Below, piece by piece: positions 40,453-50,653 of a stretch of DNA of 64,000 nucleotides. Position numbers and translations under genes: made by a program. Under the pieces are notes generated by a model. It saw only the letters and a program-made list of their open reading frames with translations. It was not told where the DNA came from and made no database searches. The stretch covers positions 192,001 to 256,000 of the forward strand of contig CAVSHR010000005.1 of NCBI GenBank assembly GCA_963727625.1, read 5' to 3'. The first letter of the stretch is position 1, and every line of letters begins with the position of its first letter. Origin of the DNA: an uncultured delta proteobacterium (lineage in GTDB: Bacteria; Desulfobacterota; Binatia; UBA9968).

Positions 40453-40467
40453 TGGCACATAGATTGC
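40453..40467 (+). promoter_or_regulatory. Sigma-54 promoter
   Basis: TGGCAC-ATAGA-TTGC, a perfect consensus match. Confidence 0.8.
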
Positions 40468-40511
40468 GGTTCTCTTGAGTAGTCCGAATGCAACGGAAGG
40501 GAGGGTAGGAT

Positions 40512-40790
40512 ATGTACACTCCACTCATCACCATTTCAGCGATCCTTGCGGCCGGAATTCTGTTTGTCCTTGCGCCGGTCGCGGTCGACACCTACCGGCG
40601 CTATCGCAACCGCAAAGTCGTCATCTGCCCGGAAAACAAGAACTTCGCCGAAGTAGAGCTAAAAGCGGGCCGCGCCGGTCTCATGTCGGCGTTGGGCAAA
40701 TCGAAACTCGCGGTGAAATGGTGCAGCCGCTGGCCGTACAAAAAAGGATGCGCTGAAGAGTGCGTGAAAGAGAACTGGACCGCGCCATAA
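40512..40790 (+). CDS. Small membrane-anchored Cys-motif protein
   Basis: N-terminal TM, then CPE...CSRWP....C...C; RBS and sigma-54 box upstream. Confidence 0.72.
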   Translation: MYTPLITISAILAAGILFVLAPVAVDTYRRYRNRKVVICPENKNFAEVELKAGRAGLMSALGKSKLAVKWCSRWPYKKGCAEECVKENWTAP

Positions 40791-41007
40791 GGAGCACGCG
40801 GGCAGACCTCCAGGTAGTCGGCCTAGCTCCGGCCAACAGCGCCACTCGATGAAATGACCGCCGGATTACCGCGGTGGTCGACTTTTCCCCGAGCGTGCTA
40901 CCGCGTGGGTTAGATAGGCGCGTCAGCGGTAAAATTGAAAGTGCCGGGCGCGCTGCGGCTTGGGGTCGGCTTTGACGAGAATCCGTCTTTCCTGGCGGTT
41001 TTGATTC

Positions 41008-42078
41008 TCATCGAGCCGGCAGCGGTCCGCCGCCGGCCATTTGCTTATACAACTGAATAACTTCTTTATCTCGCGGCAATTCTTTGATCGCCTGTTCCAG
41101 TTCCTCGCCGCTAAGTGGGTTTGGAGGATCACCCATCAACTTTTTATACTCGGCGGGAAACTCCGGGTCGGCAAACGCCTTGCGCATCGCCGCGCGTATG
41201 ATCTTTACCGGCTCTTTCCGTGTTCCAGGAGGGAAGAGATACGGCCAGCGCGGGTATTGAAAGGCACGAAACATGGCCAGCAGCTTTCGTTCTTTATCTG
41301 ACTTGGCAAAGCTCTCCAATTGGGGCAGATCTTTAAAGGCGGGATGAGAACGTCCTTTCGGAACCGTCAGAGTCGCGTGAGGGTGGATCAGCTTCTTTTC
41401 GATCCATTCCGGTTTTTCGACGACAAAGCGCGCCGCACCGGTGACATGAGCATCCAATTCGCCGCGTTCGAGCCCGATGTAAATCTCCGGACCGGTAAAA
41501 CCGGTGACGAACTTAGGATCCTTCAAGCCGAGCACGTAGGCTACCATGCGCGCGGTGACATAGACCGGGTGGCCAACCGCGTGCGCGCCAAACCTGACGC
41601 CGCTTTTGGCTTGCAGTTTCGCCATACTGTCCAGTCCGGCTTCCGCCTTGGTGTAAAACACGTAAGGATCGCCTGTATCCGTAGAGCCAAGGTAGATGAA
41701 TTTATCGAGATCGTATTGACTGCCGGGTAGACCGAGAATCGGTCCGACGACAAGCCCCGCGCCGATCGATCCAATCGTTAACCCGTCGGGCTTCGTCGAG
41801 CTGAAAAGCATGTTCGCGGCTTTTCTACCGGCGGCGCCCGGCACGAAATCGATCATCAAAGTCGGATGACCTGGGATATGCTTCGCCAACGTATGCATCA
41901 GCGCCCGGGTCTGAAATTCGCCTGAGCCGCCGGGGCCGCCGCCGCGGATGATCTTGATCGTCTTGCCTTTGTAGAAGTCGCCCTGAGCAAGGGCATCGCC
42001 CGACGGTAGGAATAACAACAGCGCGAGCACCATCCCGAGCACAGACGCTGGCAACGTCGACCCACTATTCTTCTTCAT
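41008..42078 (-). CDS. Bug/TctC-family tripartite tricarboxylate transporter substrate-binding protein
   Basis: FYKGKTI, KHIPG.P, PGAAG, KPDGLTIG, ERGELD. Confidence 0.88.
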   Translation of the reverse strand: MKKNSGSTLPASVLGMVLALLLFLPSGDALAQGDFYKGKTIKIIRGGGPGGSGEFQTRALMHTLAKHIPGHPTLMIDFVPGAAGRKAANMLFSSTKPDGLTIGSIGAGLVVGPILGLPGSQYDLDKFIYLGSTDTGDPYVFYTKAEAGLDSMAKLQAKSGVRFGAHAVGHPVYVTARMVAYVLGLKDPKFVTGFTGPEIYIGLERGELDAHVTGAARFVVEKPEWIEKKLIHPHATLTVPKGRSHPAFKDLPQLESFAKSDKERKLLAMFRAFQYPRWPYLFPPGTRKEPVKIIRAAMRKAFADPEFPAEYKKLMGDPPNPLSGEELEQAIKELPRDKEVIQLYKQMAGGGPLPAR

Positions 42079-42292
42079 AAACACCCCCCACATGCCGTGA
42101 GATAATGAATTCTGGGTTCTATCGGCGGTTCGGTATCGTCTCGATGGCTGCGATTATATTGTTCGCAGATCCTAAAGAAAGAGGGCGGCCAACTTTCCCG
42201 TAACATGGCATCCAGGGTCGCGACTCTGACGCACGTTTGGCAATAGTGAAGCCGCTTTTCGGATCGCACGGTGCCGAAACTTTTGCCGGCGG

Positions 42293-43717
42293 TCAGAGCC
42301 CCTTCTTCATCTTCAGCGAAGTCAAGAGGGGGATCACGCTGATGCCGAGCGCAAACAGGTAGGTCACGTTCACCGAAGCGACGAAAACCTGCGTGTCGCC
42401 GGGGTTGGGCGTGGTACCGGGAATCCCCGAGTAGTAGCGGAAGGCCAAGGTCAGGAAAATCCCGCTGAGCGATATTCCGAGCATTTGACCCAGGCCGAAG
42501 ATCCCGTTGATGATGCCGATCGCCGTGCCCCAATTTTCTTTGGGGAGCGAGCCGATCATCACCGCCTGCGACGGAGTATTGAACATTGCCGATCCGACGC
42601 CGGTCAGGGCGAGCAGGAGCGCGGGCAAGATCCAATGCGAGTCGGGACGCAGGTTGGTGCCGATCAAGAAACTCGTCATCAGGGTGAGCACGCCCAGAAT
42701 CAATAGAAAGCGCGCTCCGATCCGATCGGTCAGCGCGCCGCTTACCGGCGAGATCACCATGCTAAGCAACGACGGGGCGAGAAACATCAGCCCCATGAAC
42801 GATGGAGAGAGCTTGAGCACGTCCTGAAGATAGAAAGGCGTAATGAACGTCGTGAGGCCTTGAGTGATACAGCACATCAACAGACCCACCGAGCCGAATT
42901 TAAACACCGGCACCGAGAAAAACGACAGATTGATCATCGGGCTTCGGGTCTTCTTTTCGTGTGCAATAAATCCCCAGAGCGCGCCGATAAAGACCATGAC
43001 CAAAAGCGTCTGGTTGCCGGTGCCAATGACCCGCGCAACTTTTTGATCCAGCAGCAGGGTGACCAGAATCGTCAGAGCGAGAAAGAGCAACGCGCCCTGG
43101 TAATCGACAGCTTGCGGTCGAGAAGTCGTTGACGGCACGGCGCGTCCGGTCAGGTAGCAAAGCACCGATCCAACCACACTCGGCACAAACAAGAAGAAAA
43201 AAATCCCCCGCCAGTGCACCCAATCGATGATCAAGCCGCCGATCGGCGGACCGATAAAAAAACCGAACTGGTGCGACATGGCCATGAGACCCTGGGCCTT
43301 TCCTTCCGACCCCGCCGGCATGGCCCGGAACGCCAAGGTGCGTCCGGATGACTGAATCATCGCGCCGCCGACGCCTTGCAGGAAGCGAAACAGAATCAAT
43401 TGCAATACGTTCTGCGACAGGCCGCAGAGCAGCGAGCCGACGGCCATGACAGCCATGCCAATACCGAAAGTTTTGTGATGGCCGTAGATATCGCCCAGCC
43501 GCCCGCAAATCACGCCCAGGCCGATCCCCGCCATCTGATAGACGATGAGCGCCCACGAGATTCCAAGGATGTCCGTCCCCAGCGCCGAGGCCAGTGTCGG
43601 CATCGAGATGATGAACACGCGCGTTGAGATGCCCGCGACGGTGACCCCGATGACCGAGTTGATCAGAGTAAGCCTGCGCAGCTTGTCATGCGCATGGGGT
43701 TGATCTTGCAAAATCAA
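42293..43717 (-). CDS. DHA2/EmrB-type MFS transporter (14 TM)
   Basis: GRLGDIYG, LILFRFLQGVGG, GPPIGG, WRGIFF. Confidence 0.9.
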   Translation of the reverse strand: MILQDQPHAHDKLRRLTLINSVIGVTVAGISTRVFIISMPTLASALGTDILGISWALIVYQMAGIGLGVICGRLGDIYGHHKTFGIGMAVMAVGSLLCGLSQNVLQLILFRFLQGVGGAMIQSSGRTLAFRAMPAGSEGKAQGLMAMSHQFGFFIGPPIGGLIIDWVHWRGIFFFLFVPSVVGSVLCYLTGRAVPSTTSRPQAVDYQGALLFLALTILVTLLLDQKVARVIGTGNQTLLVMVFIGALWGFIAHEKKTRSPMINLSFFSVPVFKFGSVGLLMCCITQGLTTFITPFYLQDVLKLSPSFMGLMFLAPSLLSMVISPVSGALTDRIGARFLLILGVLTLMTSFLIGTNLRPDSHWILPALLLALTGVGSAMFNTPSQAVMIGSLPKENWGTAIGIINGIFGLGQMLGISLSGIFLTLAFRYYSGIPGTTPNPGDTQVFVASVNVTYLFALGISVIPLLTSLKMKKGL

Positions 43718-44226
43718 ATTTCAAACCTTTCGTGCCGGTCAAAATACCCTCGCCGGTTCTCAGACCCTCGGCGTCTCCGCCGCCGCTTCGACAACGGTCG
43801 ATCGGCATAGCACGGAGACGAAATATGAGAAGGACCGGGACAGGACTGGAGGCTTCGATCCTATAGATTTGCGGCAGGTTTTTGTAGCCTTTCACAAATC
43901 ATTTCAAAGTCGCTCAACGCCGCATTCGACGTGGCGACTACCAGGTCCGGCCAAAAATATTTTTGCAAAGTTAAGAACGCCCGGAGCGCTATTTCCTAAA
44001 CGAGGGACTGGGAGTTCGGCGAACAATTGTTTAAACAGTTAAATTTATTACATGAATCGAGTTCCAGGACCCTTCGATGGGCTTGGCGCAGTCCTTGCTC
44101 AATTGAATTAGCGGGTTGCATTACAGTCCATTGTTCTTGTTGACGAGCTGGACACAGGTCGATAGCCCACGGATTTTTAAGACGACAATAACCAGGCCCA
44201 ACCGAACGAGAAAGGAGACCGCCAAC

Positions 44227-44508
44227 TTGAACGCCGCCGTTACCGCTGTCACGAATCTAGCATCAGTATTGACCAACAAAGAGGGTGCGCCTCCTAAGAA
44301 GATCTATAAGTCAGTGCCGGAAAGCTACAAGGTTCTGACGGAAACCAAGTACCACAAAGTCGTCTCGGATCTTGAATCGATTCTGCTCGACATCAGCACG
44401 GACGGGGTCGGCATCAACACCCCGGACGGAAAAATCAGCGCGTCAACGCTCAAGAGCTGGGCCGAGTCTTTGCGAGACGCTCTGGAGACCCTGTCGAAAG
44501 CTCAATGA
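44227..44508 (+). CDS. Hypothetical protein
   Basis: AAGGAG before an in-frame TTG; AT-rich upstream region; no motif recognised. Confidence 0.45.
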   Translation: MNAAVTAVTNLASVLTNKEGAPPKKIYKSVPESYKVLTETKYHKVVSDLESILLDISTDGVGINTPDGKISASTLKSWAESLRDALETLSKAQ

Positions 44509-44551
44509 GCGGGAGGGCGTCGCCCCCCATCTTCAAGCCAAGTGCCCGCGC

Positions 44552-44974
44552 TCAACTGCCGCGGGTCCGGTTTTGCGGCCCGACTTTTTCGATCGTGACG
44601 CGGATGGCGATGCGCCCTTCGGCGAGGGTTTTTTTTCGGATATCGTCCCAGTTTTCCGGCTCGCCGCGGATCTGGCGATGCCAGTCGAGCACGATGTCCA
44701 TGGCTTGCGGATGGGACACCACTTCGGCCCTGCCGTCGATCTGAATATAGTTGGAGCCGTTGAACTTCTCTCCATAAACCAGCAGAGAAACTTCCGGATT
44801 GCGCCGAATATTTTTCACCTTGTAAGTGTTATCCCGCGCCGTGATCGTCACCCTGCCATCGGCGCCGATGACCGGCGACACCAGCGTCATCTGCAGCGAC
44901 CCGTCGCGCTTGCGCGCCACCAATACACCGTGATGATTATGCTTCAAAAACTCCTGTGCCTCGGAAATATCCAT
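44552..44974 (-). CDS. PPOX-class (F420-dependent-like) oxidoreductase
   Basis: GVL...RDGS.Q..V, KVKNIRRNPEVSL, IDGRAE. Confidence 0.88.
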   Translation of the reverse strand: MDISEAQEFLKHNHHGVLVARKRDGSLQMTLVSPVIGADGRVTITARDNTYKVKNIRRNPEVSLLVYGEKFNGSNYIQIDGRAEVVSHPQAMDIVLDWHRQIRGEPENWDDIRKKTLAEGRIAIRVTIEKVGPQNRTRGS

Positions 44975-45207
44975 GGATCCTCCGCAAAATTATGTTCCGC
45001 CGATCTTAGCTAATTTGCCCCGCCGCTGCCAGACAGAGCTCCCAGCTGAACCGCCACCCCGCCAGCTCCGATCGTTCGAGCGGCACGCTCCAGTCGTCAT
45101 TTAAAAACCGGCGGCATATTCACCGCAACCAAAACAATGTTGCAACTTAGCAATTTTTATTTTCTACTCCCGGCTGGTGCATTGAACTCATGAGGAGGAC
45201 GAGAGCA

Positions 45208-46032
45208 ATGGCAAGGGCAAATAATGAACATCCGGGAATAGGCGAAGGACGGGACCGGCTCGTAGGCAAAGTCGCCATCGTCACCGGTGCCAACAGTGGC
45301 ATCGGCCGCGCCACGGCGCGCCTTTTCGCTCGCGAAGGCGCGCAGGTGGTCTGCTGCGATATTCAGGAGCAGTTGAGCCCGCGCATCGACGACCTGATCG
45401 CGCAGGACGGCGGTTCCGCCCTGTTTCTAAAGACCGATGCCACCAGTGAAGCGGACTGGACCAGGACCGTAAGTTCGACACTGGAGCGTTTCGGCGATCT
45501 GGATATTCTCTATAACAACGCCGGCGGCGGCGTGCGCGGCAAGATCGGCAAGCTCAAGAACGACGAGTGGCACTTCATCATGAACTTGAATCTCAACTCG
45601 ATCTACTACGGCTCGCGCGCCGTGTTGCCCCACTTCTTAGCCAAACGCCGGGGCAACATCATCAACACCGCCTCGACGTTCGGCATTCTCGCCTCGGAAG
45701 AGAATCCTGCCTATTGCGCGACCAAGGCGGCGGTGATCAACCTTACGCGCCAGATCGCCCTCGATTATGGAACCCAGGGAATCCGCGTCAACTGCATCTG
45801 TCCCGGCGCCACCGACACACCACGATTCAGGGGCGTGCCGCCACGGGCGATGTTCGAAAGCGGCTTGCCGCCGGAGCAGATTGACCGGCTATCGAAACTC
45901 AACCGCGCCCTCAACCGCCTTGCCCGGCCGGAAGAGATCGCCTACGGCGTGCTCTTTCTCGCCTCGGACGAGGCCTCCTTCGTCACCGGCAGCGCACTGG
46001 TGGTCGACGGCGGCCAGACCATCGATGCGTAG
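45208..46032 (+). CDS. SDR-family oxidoreductase
   Basis: TGANSGIG, NNAG, YCATK, NCICPG, VDGG. Confidence 0.93.
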   Translation: MARANNEHPGIGEGRDRLVGKVAIVTGANSGIGRATARLFAREGAQVVCCDIQEQLSPRIDDLIAQDGGSALFLKTDATSEADWTRTVSSTLERFGDLDILYNNAGGGVRGKIGKLKNDEWHFIMNLNLNSIYYGSRAVLPHFLAKRRGNIINTASTFGILASEENPAYCATKAAVINLTRQIALDYGTQGIRVNCICPGATDTPRFRGVPPRAMFESGLPPEQIDRLSKLNRALNRLARPEEIAYGVLFLASDEASFVTGSALVVDGGQTIDA

Positions 46033-46181
46033 AAAAAAAATTGGCGTGATGGGGTGTTGGAGTAATGGGTCATGGTCCGGCAACAATACTTCGGAGCGCC
46101 ATCGCTCCGGCTCAGCGGCGCTGCTACCTTCCTACACTAAAGAAGCAGCAAGCGGGATATTGTCGCTTCGCTAAATCCAAT

Positions 46182-46634
46182 TCACGCTGCGGTATTGCCG
46201 CCGCGGCTGCCGCTGGGAAACATCGAGCCCAAGTACTCGCCGAGGATGCGACAAACGTCGATGGCCGACAGGATGCCGGCCAGTTTGCCCTGGCGCTGCA
46301 CGATCACCGATCCGATGCGCCGCTTGGCCATTTCCATAACCACGGCGTCGAGCGGCGCCCGGAAGGGCACGATATAGGGTTGGGTCACCATGATATGGCG
46401 CGCCTGAATCGTGTCTTTCTCCGCTTGCGGCGTGTCGCGTTTGACATGGTGGTGCAGGTCGCGCTCGGACACGATGCCGATGACCTTGCCGTTCTCCTGC
46501 ACAGGCAAATGGCGGATGCCGTGCTCATCCATCATCCGCTCCAGGGTCGTTGCCGTGTCGTCGACCTCGACGAAGTAAGGAAAGGAAGTCATCACGGCAC
46601 CGACGATGGGCATCTTTTTTTGTCGTTTTTTCAT
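46182..46634 (-). CDS. CBS-pair protein
   Basis: IRHLPV, GIVSERD, IGSVIV, GILSAID. Confidence 0.88.
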   Translation of the reverse strand: MKKRQKKMPIVGAVMTSFPYFVEVDDTATTLERMMDEHGIRHLPVQENGKVIGIVSERDLHHHVKRDTPQAEKDTIQARHIMVTQPYIVPFRAPLDAVVMEMAKRRIGSVIVQRQGKLAGILSAIDVCRILGEYLGSMFPSGSRGGNTAA

Positions 46635-46687
46635 TCCGCCTCCCCCTCACGGCCCTGCAGCGCTTAGTCGCCGGTTATATTGTCGGC

Positions 46688-47130
46688 TCAAACATCGGCC
46701 CAGCGCCAGCCACGAATATCCGGCAGGTCGCCGCCCTGGGTCGTGATGTCTTCCTTATGCCCGATCAGTTTATCGCGAACGGCCTGCTTGCCGTAGGCCG
46801 CGTGGTAGCCCGGCTTGGGCACCGGGCCGATCAACCCCGCGACCGGAGGGTAGCGATCCATATCATTGCGCGCGACCATGTCCAACGGAGTCGTCGTCGT
46901 GCCCTCTTCCTGGTAACCGCACACGTGGAGATTTTTATGATTAGTCCGCCGATAGGTCAAGCGATGGATCAGCTCAAATGCAGGGTCGGCAGCCCGCCGT
47001 TGGTGTCGGGATTGAGAAATTCAATGGGTGTAAATGAAGTTGAGCCCCGGCGTGGCGGCCCAGCAGCCACAGTTTTATAGGCTCGCCTTCAACGGTTCCT
47101 TGACCAGCGGATTGTCGAGCAGGTGAATTC
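46688..47130 (-). pseudogene. xfp: Phosphoketolase relic: N- and C-terminal stubs joined by a large internal deletion
   Basis: N-stub IHLLDNPLVKEPLK..TPGLNFIYTH (~47020-47130); C-stub [29 protein letters not shown]...W.W; lies downstream of ackA. Confidence 0.85.
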
Positions 47131-47228
47131 AACCTGCGGATAAGGGATTGGCCGCTCGCCAATAGGCAAGGATGGCCTCGATTTCGGAGTTCGACAAAGC
47201 CTTAAATTAACGTTCTCCTTGTCGATAT

Positions 47229-48437
47229 TTATTTCACTTCGCGCCGCACCAGCCGCGCCGTCTCTCGGGCAATGATCACGCCTTCGTCGCTGGGTATCAC
47301 GTAAGCGCCGATGCGCGACCCGGGCGCTGAGATACAGGCTTCGCTGCCGACAGCCGCGGCGTTGTTTTTTTCGTCGAGGATCAAGCCGCACCAATCCATG
47401 CCGGCATAAATTTTTTCGCGCACCGAGGGCGCGTTTTCGCCGATGCCGCCGCTGAAGATCACCGCCTGCGCGCCGTCGAGAGCGGCCAAGTAGGCGCCCA
47501 AATATTTGCGCGCCCGGTAGCAAAAAAGATCCACCGCAACGCGCGCGCGCGGATCGCGATCATAGACGGCGAGCAGCTCTCGCATATCGCTGGAGATGCC
47601 CGATAAGCCGAGCAGACCCGAGCGCTTGTTGAGCCAATTTTCCACTTCAACGGCGTCGACATTTTCCACCCGCGCCAGAAAGCCCACCAGCGCCGGATCG
47701 AGATCGCCCGAGCGCGTGCCCATCACCAGACCCTCGAGCGGCGTGAAACCCATCGACGTATCGACCGATCTACCGCCGCGGATCGCGCATGCCGAGCAGC
47801 CGTTGCCGAGATGCATGGTGACGAGATTGATCTGTTCGACGGGGATGCCGCTTATCTCGCTATAGCGCAGCAAGGAAAAATGATGCGCCAGGCCATGGAA
47901 GCCGTAACGGCGGAGCGAATGTTTTTCCGAGAGCTCGCTCGGAATCGCGTAAAGCGCGGCGATCTGCGGCATGGTCTGATGAAACGACGTGTCGAACGCC
48001 GCCGCCATCGGCACGCGGGCGCCGAGAATTTTCCGCATCGCATGGATGCCGCTCACGGCCGCCGGGTTGTGCAGCGGCGCCAACTCGTTCAATGATTCGA
48101 TTTGCCCCAGCACCGCGTCGCTGATCAGCACCGTCGAGGCGAACAAATTCCCGCCATGGACCACGCGGTGGCCCACCGCATCGATTTCGAACTTGCGGGG
48201 CGCGGCCGAGTCCGCCAGGCCGAGCCGAGTGACGATTAGACGTACCGCCGCGTCGTGGTCCGCCGCAGCGCATCTTTCTTCGGTGAGCGGAGTAGCATCG
48301 GCATACCCGATGCGCAGCGCTGCACGAGCACCGATCTCATCGACGATTCCCGAGACCAGCTTGCGCTCGGCACCGGCAGTCTCGATGATCTGAAACTTTA
48401 CCGAAGAGCTGCCGCAATTGAGCACCAGTACGTTCAT
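47229..48437 (-). CDS. ackA: Acetate kinase
   Basis: VLNCGSSSVK, GHRVVHGG, APLHNP, FDTSFH, RYGFHG, HLGNG, GGIGEN. Confidence 0.96.
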   Translation of the reverse strand: MNVLVLNCGSSSVKFQIIETAGAERKLVSGIVDEIGARAALRIGYADATPLTEERCAAADHDAAVRLIVTRLGLADSAAPRKFEIDAVGHRVVHGGNLFASTVLISDAVLGQIESLNELAPLHNPAAVSGIHAMRKILGARVPMAAAFDTSFHQTMPQIAALYAIPSELSEKHSLRRYGFHGLAHHFSLLRYSEISGIPVEQINLVTMHLGNGCSACAIRGGRSVDTSMGFTPLEGLVMGTRSGDLDPALVGFLARVENVDAVEVENWLNKRSGLLGLSGISSDMRELLAVYDRDPRARVAVDLFCYRARKYLGAYLAALDGAQAVIFSGGIGENAPSVREKIYAGMDWCGLILDEKNNAAAVGSEACISAPGSRIGAYVIPSDEGVIIARETARLVRREVK

Positions 48438-48557
48438 GCTGATATTAATTGTACGGGAAATCTTGCGGAATGGAACTACTGCGCAGCAAGCTGTGGGGTC
48501 TCAAACGGAACGGATAAGCCGCGGAGCGAGACGAAACCAAACTTTGTTACGAGAGGG

Positions 48558-49289
48558 TCAGCTCGACACCGGTTCTGACATCGACGATTCCAAGAACTCG
48601 GCCGCCAACGGCACCTCCTGCACCGAGCCATACACCGCGCGCATGCTGTAGGCCCGCGCGCCGCGCTTGGAGGCGATGACTTTGAAAATCTCTGTGCCTT
48701 TGAAGTGCACGCCGGTCCAATCCTCGATGGCCATGCCGGCGGAAATTTTACTCGAACTTAACAGGCGGTGATAGGACGGCCGGCGCTGCGGCTCGCCGTC
48801 GTAGTGCGGGCAGCAACTGCCGGGGAGAAAGCCCAAACCGTCGAGGGGCCGCAGACCGTCGGAAAAGGAATCGGTCAGTCCCTGCTCGAACCAGCAGATC
48901 GCCCCGGCGCTCACACCGGTCAGGACAATTCCGCACTCCCAGGCTTCCCGGAGAACTTCCACCACCCCCCAGTCGCGCCATAGGGCGAGCAGGCTCTTGG
49001 TGTTGCCACCGCCGACATAGATCACATCCTGATTGAGCAGAAACGAGCGAAGATCGGGCGTGCGTTTGAAAAAGGTCAGCACCGACGGGCAGCAACCCAA
49101 TTTCAGAAACGCCGAGTAAAAACTCGCAATATAATGATCCGGCTCGCCGCTCGCCGTCGGCACGAATGCGACCCGCGCATGCTCCACGCCAGTTTGGCGA
49201 ATCACATATTTTTCCAGCTCGAGATTCTCCGCATCACGATAGAATCCGCCGCCGCCGATGGGAATGATCTGTCGCTCTTTTTCCGCCAT
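48558..49289 (-). CDS. Peptidase E (S51) family
   Basis: FVPTASG, IYVGGGNT, GVSAGA, CPHYD. Confidence 0.9.
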   Translation of the reverse strand: MAEKERQIIPIGGGGFYRDAENLELEKYVIRQTGVEHARVAFVPTASGEPDHYIASFYSAFLKLGCCPSVLTFFKRTPDLRSFLLNQDVIYVGGGNTKSLLALWRDWGVVEVLREAWECGIVLTGVSAGAICWFEQGLTDSFSDGLRPLDGLGFLPGSCCPHYDGEPQRRPSYHRLLSSSKISAGMAIEDWTGVHFKGTEIFKVIASKRGARAYSMRAVYGSVQEVPLAAEFLESSMSEPVSS

Positions 49290-49338
49290 GAATCCGGTTC
49301 TCGCTTGTGATTTTCTTATTTGCGACTGCGCACGGTTG

Positions 49339-50646
49339 TTAATACGCCGTGCAAATCCCCGCCTCGCCGCCCCAGATATCGACTCCGCCGATAATCATAT
49401 CGCGCGCGTCCAGAGTGAACGCGCCGCGCGCCGAAGTCTCCGGTGCGCCGGGGTAACTGAGAACGCAAATATCCTCATAGGGACCGATAAGCCGCTCCGC
49501 CGCGGGCAATTCGATCCACCGGTCGCGGCTGCCGGTGCTCACCACCGCGGTCGCTTCCGGAGTGTAATACAGCAGCGGCGAGTCCACACCGTCCTTGCCG
49601 CCATATTCGTAAGTCACCAACGTGGTCTTGATGCCGATGCGCTCGCAAGCACGAATGGTCAACATGACGTCGACGAAGGCATTGCCGGAGCCGAGCCAGG
49701 TGACCAGCGCCGCGTCCGCGCCGATGCGCGCGGCGAGCTGCGCCGTGTTGCGCGCCACCACTTCTTTGCCATGAATCGTGTCGTAGGCGATCCGCTCGAC
49801 GATCACACCGGCAAAACTCAGGTGTCCCGCGGCCTGTTCGCGATACAATTCCAGCGCCAGCGGATGATTCTGCCAATCCCAAGTCGTCGGGTAATAGCCG
49901 ATCCCGCGGGTGGTGTTGGTGGTTACCGCGCCGTCGAACAATTCGTTGGGATGGATCAGCGTCGACAGCGACTCGCGGATCGGCAGGCCGTAGTAGCTGA
50001 CGCCGGAATGGGGCTGGCCGCCGTTGGTGATGCAGCCCTGGATCAGCGCCACGCGCGGCGCGGCGTGTACAGCTGAAGCCAATTCGAAATTCGCGACATG
50101 CTCGGGGCTCTGTCCCTCGGTGAGCTCCGCCAATTTTTTTGCCACGAGGAACTCGGCTCGCTGGATCGCGCTGTGGGCGTCATATTCGCCGAGCCCTGGC
50201 TTGAGCCGCAGAATCAAAACCAGATGCTTGAATTTGCCGAAGCGCGACGCCGCCGCGCCCGGCCCCCACATGTCGAGAATAGCGCTGCGCTGCACGCCGG
50301 TGCCGGCGCGGATTGTGCCCTCGTAAGCTGCCGTTGCGACGATGGTCATGCCGGAGAGGCGATGCGTCACTCCGCTGCCCACGCATTCCACCGGACAGAT
50401 CGCGCCGGGAAACACTTGAGCGCCTGCGCCGAATTTCGCTCTGGGCTCGACGATGTCGCGAATGCCGGTAATGCGCGCGTGTTCCTCCGGGCGAACGGTT
50501 TCGAATCTCGCTGAGTCGATGCGAGCATCTTCGAGAACCGTTTGCGCCAGCTCGTCTGAATTCAACTCCAGCCGGCCGCTCTGATAACGGCACGAATTAC
50601 CGAAGCGAATTTCATGTACCGGAAACGATGCCAACTCGAGTTGCAT
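49339..50646 (-). CDS. Glycine/sarcosine/betaine reductase component B proprotein-like (GrdE family)
   Basis: M.LEL..F.V, RI..I.DIVEPR.K, G.THRL.G, ILDM.GPGA, IHPNELFDGA, GNAFVD. Confidence 0.82.
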   Translation of the reverse strand: MQLELASFPVHEIRFGNSCRYQSGRLELNSDELAQTVLEDARIDSARFETVRPEEHARITGIRDIVEPRAKFGAGAQVFPGAICPVECVGSGVTHRLSGMTIVATAAYEGTIRAGTGVQRSAILDMWGPGAAASRFGKFKHLVLILRLKPGLGEYDAHSAIQRAEFLVAKKLAELTEGQSPEHVANFELASAVHAAPRVALIQGCITNGGQPHSGVSYYGLPIRESLSTLIHPNELFDGAVTTNTTRGIGYYPTTWDWQNHPLALELYREQAAGHLSFAGVIVERIAYDTIHGKEVVARNTAQLAARIGADAALVTWLGSGNAFVDVMLTIRACERIGIKTTLVTYEYGGKDGVDSPLLYYTPEATAVVSTGSRDRWIELPAAERLIGPYEDICVLSYPGAPETSARGAFTLDARDMIIGGVDIWGGEAGICTAY

Positions 50647-50653
50647 ATAATCG

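Noticed and set aside
45112-45125. GG-N10-GC box upstream of the SDR gene
   Set aside because: Poor -12 match (CCGC); not counted in the regulon
46040-46075. GGAGTAATGG-like short repeat
   Set aside because: Only two or three degenerate units; too weak to call
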